Shown one piece after another: positions 58,501-64,000 of a stretch of 64,000 nucleotides of DNA. Made by a program: the position numbers and the translations under genes. The stretch comes from the human T2T-CHM13v2.0 reference genome, Homo sapiens. Positions within the stretch are counted from its first letter, which is position 1. The number at the start of each line of letters is the position of its first letter. Under the pieces are notes generated by a model, which saw nothing but the letters and a program-made list of their open reading frames with translations, was not told where the DNA came from and did not search any database. The stretch is taken from NCBI RefSeq assembly GCF_009914755.1, contig NC_060933.1; one strand, written 5' to 3'.

Positions 58501-61210
58501 TTGCATTCCATTCGATTCCATTCCCCTGCACTCGGGTTGATTCCATTCCATTCCACTCCATTCCGTTCCATTCCATTCCATTCCATTGTATTCGTGTTAA
58601 TTCCATTCCATTCCATTCCATTGCATTCCATTCCATTCCAGTCCTCTCCATTCCATTCCACACGGGTTGATTCCATTCTATTAGTTTCCATTCCATTCCA
58701 CTCCTTTCCATTCCACTGTGGTTGATTCCATTCCTTTCCATTCCACCCGAAAATATTCCCTCCTATTCCACTCGGAACGATTCCATTCCATTCCATTCCA
58801 TTCCATTCCATTCCATTCCATTCCGTTCCATTCCATTAAATTCCATTTCTTTCCATTCCATTCTATTCCGTATCATTCCATTCCATTCCATTCCATTCCA
58901 TTCCATTCCATTCCATTCCTTTCCATTCAATTCCTTTCCATTAAAATTCGTTCCATTCCATTCTGTTCCGTACCATTCCATTCCATTCCATACCATTCCA
59001 TTCCATTCCATTCCATTCCGTTCCATTCCGTTCCATTCCATTCCATTCCATTCTATTCGGATTAATTCCATTCCATTCCATTCCATTCCATTCTATTCCA
59101 TTGCATTGCAATCGAGTTGAATCTATTGCATTTCATTCCATTCCATTCCATTCCATTCCATTCCGGAAGATTCCATTCCATTGCATTCCATTCCATTCCA
59201 TTCCCCTGCACTCGCGTTGATTCCATTCCATTCCATTCCATTCCATTCCATTCCGTTCCGTTCCGTTCAATTCCATTCCATTCCATTCCATTCCATTCCG
59301 TTCCGTTCCATTCCATTCCATTCCATTCTATTCGGGTTAATTCCATTCCATTCCATTCGATTGCAATCGAGTTGATTCCATTCCATTCCATTCCATTCCA
59401 TTCCATTCCATTCCATTCCTTTCCATTCCATTACGGATGATTGCATTCCATTGCATTCCATTCCATTCCATTCCCCTGTACTCGGGTTGATTCCATTCCA
59501 TTCCATTCCAATCCATGCCATTCCACTCGTGTTGATTCCATTCTTTCCATTCCATTCAAGTTGAATCCATTCCATTGCATTCCATTCCATTCGATTCCAT
59601 TCGATTGCACTCGGGTTGATTCCCTTCCATTGCATTCCATTCCATTCCATTCCATTCCATTCCGTTCCGTTCCATTCCATTCCATTACATTCGCATTGAT
59701 TCTATTCAATTCCCTTACACTCCATTACATTCCATTCCATTCGGGTAGTTTCCATTCCATTCCATTCCATTCCGCTCCATTCCATTGCATTCGGGTTGAT
59801 TCCATTCCATTGCATTCCATTCCATTCCATTCAATTCTATTCCGTTCCATTCCATTCCATTACATTCGGATTGATTCTATTCAACTCCCTTACTCTCCAT
59901 TACATTCCATTCCATTCGGGTTGTTCCATTCCATTCCATTCCATTCCACTCCATTCCATTGCACTCGGGTTGATTCCATTCCATTCCGTTCCATTCCATT
60001 CCATTCCATTCCATTCCGGAAGATTCCATTCTATTGCATTCCATTCCATTCCATTCCCCTGCACTCGCGTTGATTCCATTCCATTCCATTCTATTCAATT
60101 CCATTCCCTTCCTTTCCGTTCCATTCCATTCCATTCAATTCCATTCCATTCCGTTCCGTTCCATTCCATTCCATTCCATTCTATTCTGCTAATTCCATTC
60201 CATTCCATTCGATTGCAATCGAGTTGATTCCATTCCATTCCATTCCATTCCATTCCTTTCCATTCCATTACGGATGATTCCATTCCATTGCATTCCATTC
60301 CATTCCATTCCCCTGTACTCGGGTTGATTCCATTCCATTCCATTCCAATCCATGCCATTCCACTCGTGTTGATTCCATTCTTTCCATTCCATTCAAGTTG
60401 AATCCATTCCATTGCATTCCATTCCATTCGATTCCATTCGATTGCACTCGGGTTGATTCCATTCCATTGCATTCCATTCCATTCCATTCCATTCCATTGC
60501 ATTCCATTCCGTTCCATTCCATTTCATTACATTCAGATTTATTCTATTCAATTCCCTTACACTCCGTTATATTCCAATCCATTCTGGTTGTTTCCATTCC
60601 ATTCCATTCCATTCCATTCCATTCCATTCCATTCCGGTTGATTCCATTCCATTGCAATCCATTCCATTCCATTCCCCTGCACTCGCGTTGATTCCATTCC
60701 ATTCCATTCCATTGCATTCCATTCCATTCCGTTCCGTTCCGTTCCATTCCATTCCATTCCATTCCGTTCCGTTCCGTTCCGTTGCATTCCATTCCATTCT
60801 GTTCGGGTTAATTCCATTCCATTCCATTCGATTGCAATCGAGTTGATTCCATTCCATTCCATTCCATTCCATTCCATTCCATTCCATTCCTTTCCATTCC
60901 ATTATGGATGATTCCATTCCATTGCATTACATTCCATTCCATTCCCCTGCACTCGGGTTGATTCCATTCCATTCCATTCCATTCGATTCGATTCCATTCC
61001 ATTCCAATTCTTTCCATTCCATTCTATTCCGTACCATTCCATTCCATTCCATACAATTCCATTCCATTCCATTCCATTCCGTTCCATTCCGTTCCGTTCC
61101 GTTCCATTCCATTCCATTCCATTCTATTCGGGTTAATGCCATTCCATTGCATTCCATTCCATTCCATTCTATTCCATTCCATTGCAATCGAGTTGAATCC
61201 ATTGCATTCC
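52560..61210 (+). repeat. Tandem array of a ~4.23 kb unit (about two periods), the second period shortened to ~3.83 kb by a ~0.4 kb deletion
   Basis: ORF pairs 53455/57288, 53706/57539, 54449/58277 and 56574/60398 have offsets of 3824-3833, and 52741/60808 has offset 8067. The marker CCGGTTGATTCC occurs at 52577, 56810 and 60634. Confidence 0.9.
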
Positions 61211-64000
61211 ATTCCACTCCATTCCGTTCCATTCCATTCCATTCCATTTTATTCGGGTTAATTCCATTCCATTCCATTCCATTCCATTCCATTCCATTAC
61301 AATCGAGTTGATTCCATTCCATTCCATTCCATTCCAGTCCTTTCCATTCCATTCCACTCGGGTTGATTCCATTCTATTAGTTTCCATTCCATTCCATTCC
61401 CTTCCATTCCACTCTGGTTGATACCATTCCTTTCCGTTCCACTCGAATACATTCCCTCCTATTCCACTCGGAACGATTGCATTCCATTCCATTCCATTCC
61501 ATTCCATTCCATTCCATTCCATTCCATTCCATTCCATTTCGTTCCATTCCATTCTATTCCGTATCATTCCATTCCATTCCATTCCATTCCATTCCATTCC
61601 ATTCCATTCCATTCCATTGTACTCGGGTTGATTCAATTCCATTGCATTCCATTCCATTCCATTCCATTCCATTCCATTCCATTCCGTTGCATTCCATTCC
61701 ATTACATTCGGATTGATTCTATTCAACTCCCTTACTCTCCATTACATTACATTCCATTCGGGTTGTTCCATTCCATTCCATTCCATTCCACTCCATTCCA
61801 TTGCACTCGGGTTGATTCCATTCCATTCCATTCCATTCCATTCCATTCCATTCCTGATGATTCCATTCCATTGCATTACTTTCCATTACATTCCCCTGCA
61901 CTCGCGTTGATTCCATTCCATTCCATTCCATTCCATTCAATTCCATTCCATTACAATTCGTTCCATTCCATTCTATTCCGTACCATTCCATTCCATTCCA
62001 TACAATTCCATTCCATTCCATTCCATTCCATTCCGTTCCATTCCGTTCCATTGCATTCCATTCCATTCTATTCGGATTAATTCCATTCCATTCCATTCCA
62101 TTCCATTCTATTCCATTCCATTGCAATCGAGTTGAATCCATTGCATTTCATTCCATTCCATTCCATTCCATTCCATTCCGGAAGATTCCATTCCATTGCA
62201 TTCCATTCCATTCCATTCTCCTGCACTCGGGTTGATTCCATTCCATTCCATTCCATTCCATTCCGTTCCGTTCCATTCCATTCCATTCCATTCCAATCCA
62301 TTCCGTTCCGTTCCATTCCATTCTATTCCATTTTTTCGGGTTAATTCCATTCCATTCCATTCGATTGCAATCGAGTTGATTCCATTCCATTCCATTCCAT
62401 TCCATTCCATTCCATTCCTTTCCATTCCATTACGGATGATTCCATTCCATTGCATTGCATTCCATTCCATTCCCCTGTACTCGGGTTGATTCCATTCCAT
62501 TCCATTCCAATCCATGCCATTCCACTCGTGTTGATTCCATTCTTTCCATTCCATTCAAGTTGAATCCATTCCATTGCCTTCCATTCCATTCCATTCCCCT
62601 GCAGTCGGGTTGATTCCATTCCGTTCCATTCCATTCGATTCCATTCCATTCCAATCCGTTCCTTTCCATTCCATTCCATTCCATTGTATTCGGGTTAATT
62701 CCATTCCATTCCATTCCATTCCATTCCATTCCAATCGAGTTGATTCCATTCCATTCCATTCCATTCCATTCCACTCCATTCCAGTCCTTTCCATTCCATT
62801 CCACTCGGGTTGATTCCAATGTATTCCTTTCCATTCCATTCCATTCCATTGCAATCGAGTTGATTCCATTGCTTTGCATTCCATTCCATTCCATTCCATT
62901 CCGGATGATTCCATTCCATTGCATTCCATTCCATTCCATTCCCCTGCACTCGGGTTGATTCCATTCCATTCCACTCCATTCCGTTCCATTCCATTCCATT
63001 CCATTTTATTCGGGTTAATTCCATTCCATTCCATTCCATTCCATTCCATTCCATTACAATCGAGTTGATTCCATTCCATTCCATTCCATTCCAGTCCTTT
63101 CCATTCCATTCCACTCGGGTTGATTCCATTCTATTAGTTTCCATTCCATTCCATTCCCTTCCATTCCACTCTGGTTGATACCATTCCTTTCCGTTCCACT
63201 CGAATACATTCCCTCCTATTCCACTCGGAACGATTGCATTCCATTCCATTCCATTCCATTCCATTCCATTCCATTCCATTCCATTCCATTTCGTTCCATT
63301 CCATTCTATTCCGTATCATTCCATTCCATTCCATTCCATTCCATTCCATTCCATTCCATTCCATTGTACTCGGGTTGATTCAATTCCATTGCATTCCATT
63401 CCATTCCATTCCATTCCATTCCATTCCGTTGCATTCCATTCCATTACATTCGGATTGATTCTATTCAACTCCCTTACTCTCCATTACATTACATTCCATT
63501 CGGGTTGTTCCATTCCATTCCATTCCATTCCACTCCATTCCATTGCACTCGGGTTGATTCCATTCCATTCCATTCCATTCCATTCCATTCCATTCCTGAT
63601 GATTCCATTCCATTGCATTACTTTCCATTACATTCCCCTGCACTCGCGTTGATTCCATTCCATTCCATTCCATTCCATTCAATTCCATTCCATTACAATT
63701 CGTTCCATTCCATTCTATTCCGTACCATTCCATTCCATTCCATACAATTCCATTCCATTCCATTCCATTCCATTCCGTTCCATTCCGTTCCATTGCATTC
63801 CATTCCATTCTATTCGGATTAATTCCATTCCATTCCATTCCATTCCATTCTATTCCATTCCATTGCAATCGAGTTGAATCCATTGCATTTCATTCCATTC
63901 CATTCCATTCCATTCCATTCCGGAAGATTCCATTCCATTGCATTCCATTCCATTCCATTCCCCTGCACTCGGGTTGATTCCATTCCATTCCATTCCATTC
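61210..64000 (+). repeat. Tandem duplication, period ~1.75 kb, running off the window end
   Basis: The 140-aa translation is identical at 61719..62141 and 63461..63883 (offset 1742). Private variants ATTTTATTCGGG, GAACGATTGC, CCTGATG and ATTGCATTACTTTCC each occur twice at 1742-1757 bp spacing. Confidence 0.9.

Larger units (their letters stand above)
935..63931. promoter_or_regulatory. Dispersed set of ~31 canonical 3-unit heat-shock elements (nTTCn-nGAAn-nTTCn), candidate HSF1 sites
   Basis: ATTCCGGAAGATTCC or an HSE-preserving variant starts at 935, 7025, 17104, 18428, 20096, 22946, 24649, 25297, 27927, 30695, 32223, 33090, 34633, 35500, 37058, 38645, 43224, 44836, 45870, 46934, 47858, 48717, 49396, 53184, 55341, 56189, 57012, 59160, 60013, 62175 and 63917. 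The motif match is seen directly. Binding is inferred from the known HSF1-satellite III interaction in nuclear stress bodies. Confidence 0.6.
1..64000 (+). repeat. Satellite III (HSat3) array, (CATTC)n on + strand with interspersed A(C/T)TCGGGTTG-type decamers; pericentromeric-heterochromatin-type DNA of human or a related ape
   Basis: Every line is ATTCC pentamer or a near variant. The long perfect pentamer runs plus the recurrent ACTCGGGTTG decamer are the classical satellite 3 signature, as opposed to the more diverged CATTCGATTC/GATGATTC-dominated HSat2. There is no strand switch anywhere. Confidence 0.98.

Noticed and set aside
28-63883. Hundreds of ORFs, up to 408 aa (20382..21608 +) and 395 aa (30587..31774 -)
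   Set aside because: (CATTC)n has no stop codon in any frame on either strand and translates to HSIPF/MEWNG repeats. The ORFs overlap in all frames and have no domain content.
1-64000. CRISPR-like repeat/spacer pattern from the recurring decamers
   Set aside because: The intervening sequence is pentamer satellite, not unique spacers, and there are no cas genes or leader.
1-64000. Embedded Alu/L1/LTR, alpha satellite, CENP-B boxes, telomeric repeats or an inversion
   Set aside because: I saw no non-satellite stretch, poly-A tail, 171-bp monomer, TTAGGG run or switch to GGAAT on the + strand.
1-64000. Assignment to a specific chromosome or subfamily (e.g. 9q12, an acrocentric arm, or Yq DYZ1)
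   Set aside because: The ACTCGGGTTG-rich style is compatible with several arrays, and no stable ~3.5 kb DYZ1-like period is seen. It needs a k-mer or alignment search that I cannot run.

Overview
The whole 64 kb window is one uninterrupted, single-orientation array of classical primate satellite III (HSat3). It consists of (CATTC/GGAAT)n pentamer runs punctuated by CpG-bearing decamers such as ACTCGGGTTG, AATCGAGTTG, ATTCGGGTTA and ACTCGCGTTG. I see no genes, RNA genes, transposons, alpha satellite or CRISPR arrays. All listed ORFs are the expected poly-(HSIPF)/poly-(MEWNG) read-outs of the pentamer. The information lies in the higher-order structure. (i) There are several local, young tandem amplifications with different periods: ~5.67 kb nested in ~10.07 kb at 2.3-17.3 kb; 3 x ~2.4 kb at 29.35-36.5 kb; ~1.59 kb offset at 36.6-38.9 kb; ~3.83/4.23 kb at 52.6-61.2 kb; ~1.75 kb at 61.2-64 kb. 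These are separated by more heterogeneous domains. (ii) A small vocabulary of variant modules appears in a conserved but branching order. (iii) About 31 perfect three-unit heat-shock elements (aTTCc-gGAAg-aTTCc) are unevenly distributed and individually gained or lost by point mutation and deletion. I cannot assign species, chromosome or HSat3 subfamily from the sequence alone. I found no evidence of a new protein-coding system. Counts and boundaries were made by eye and are approximate.
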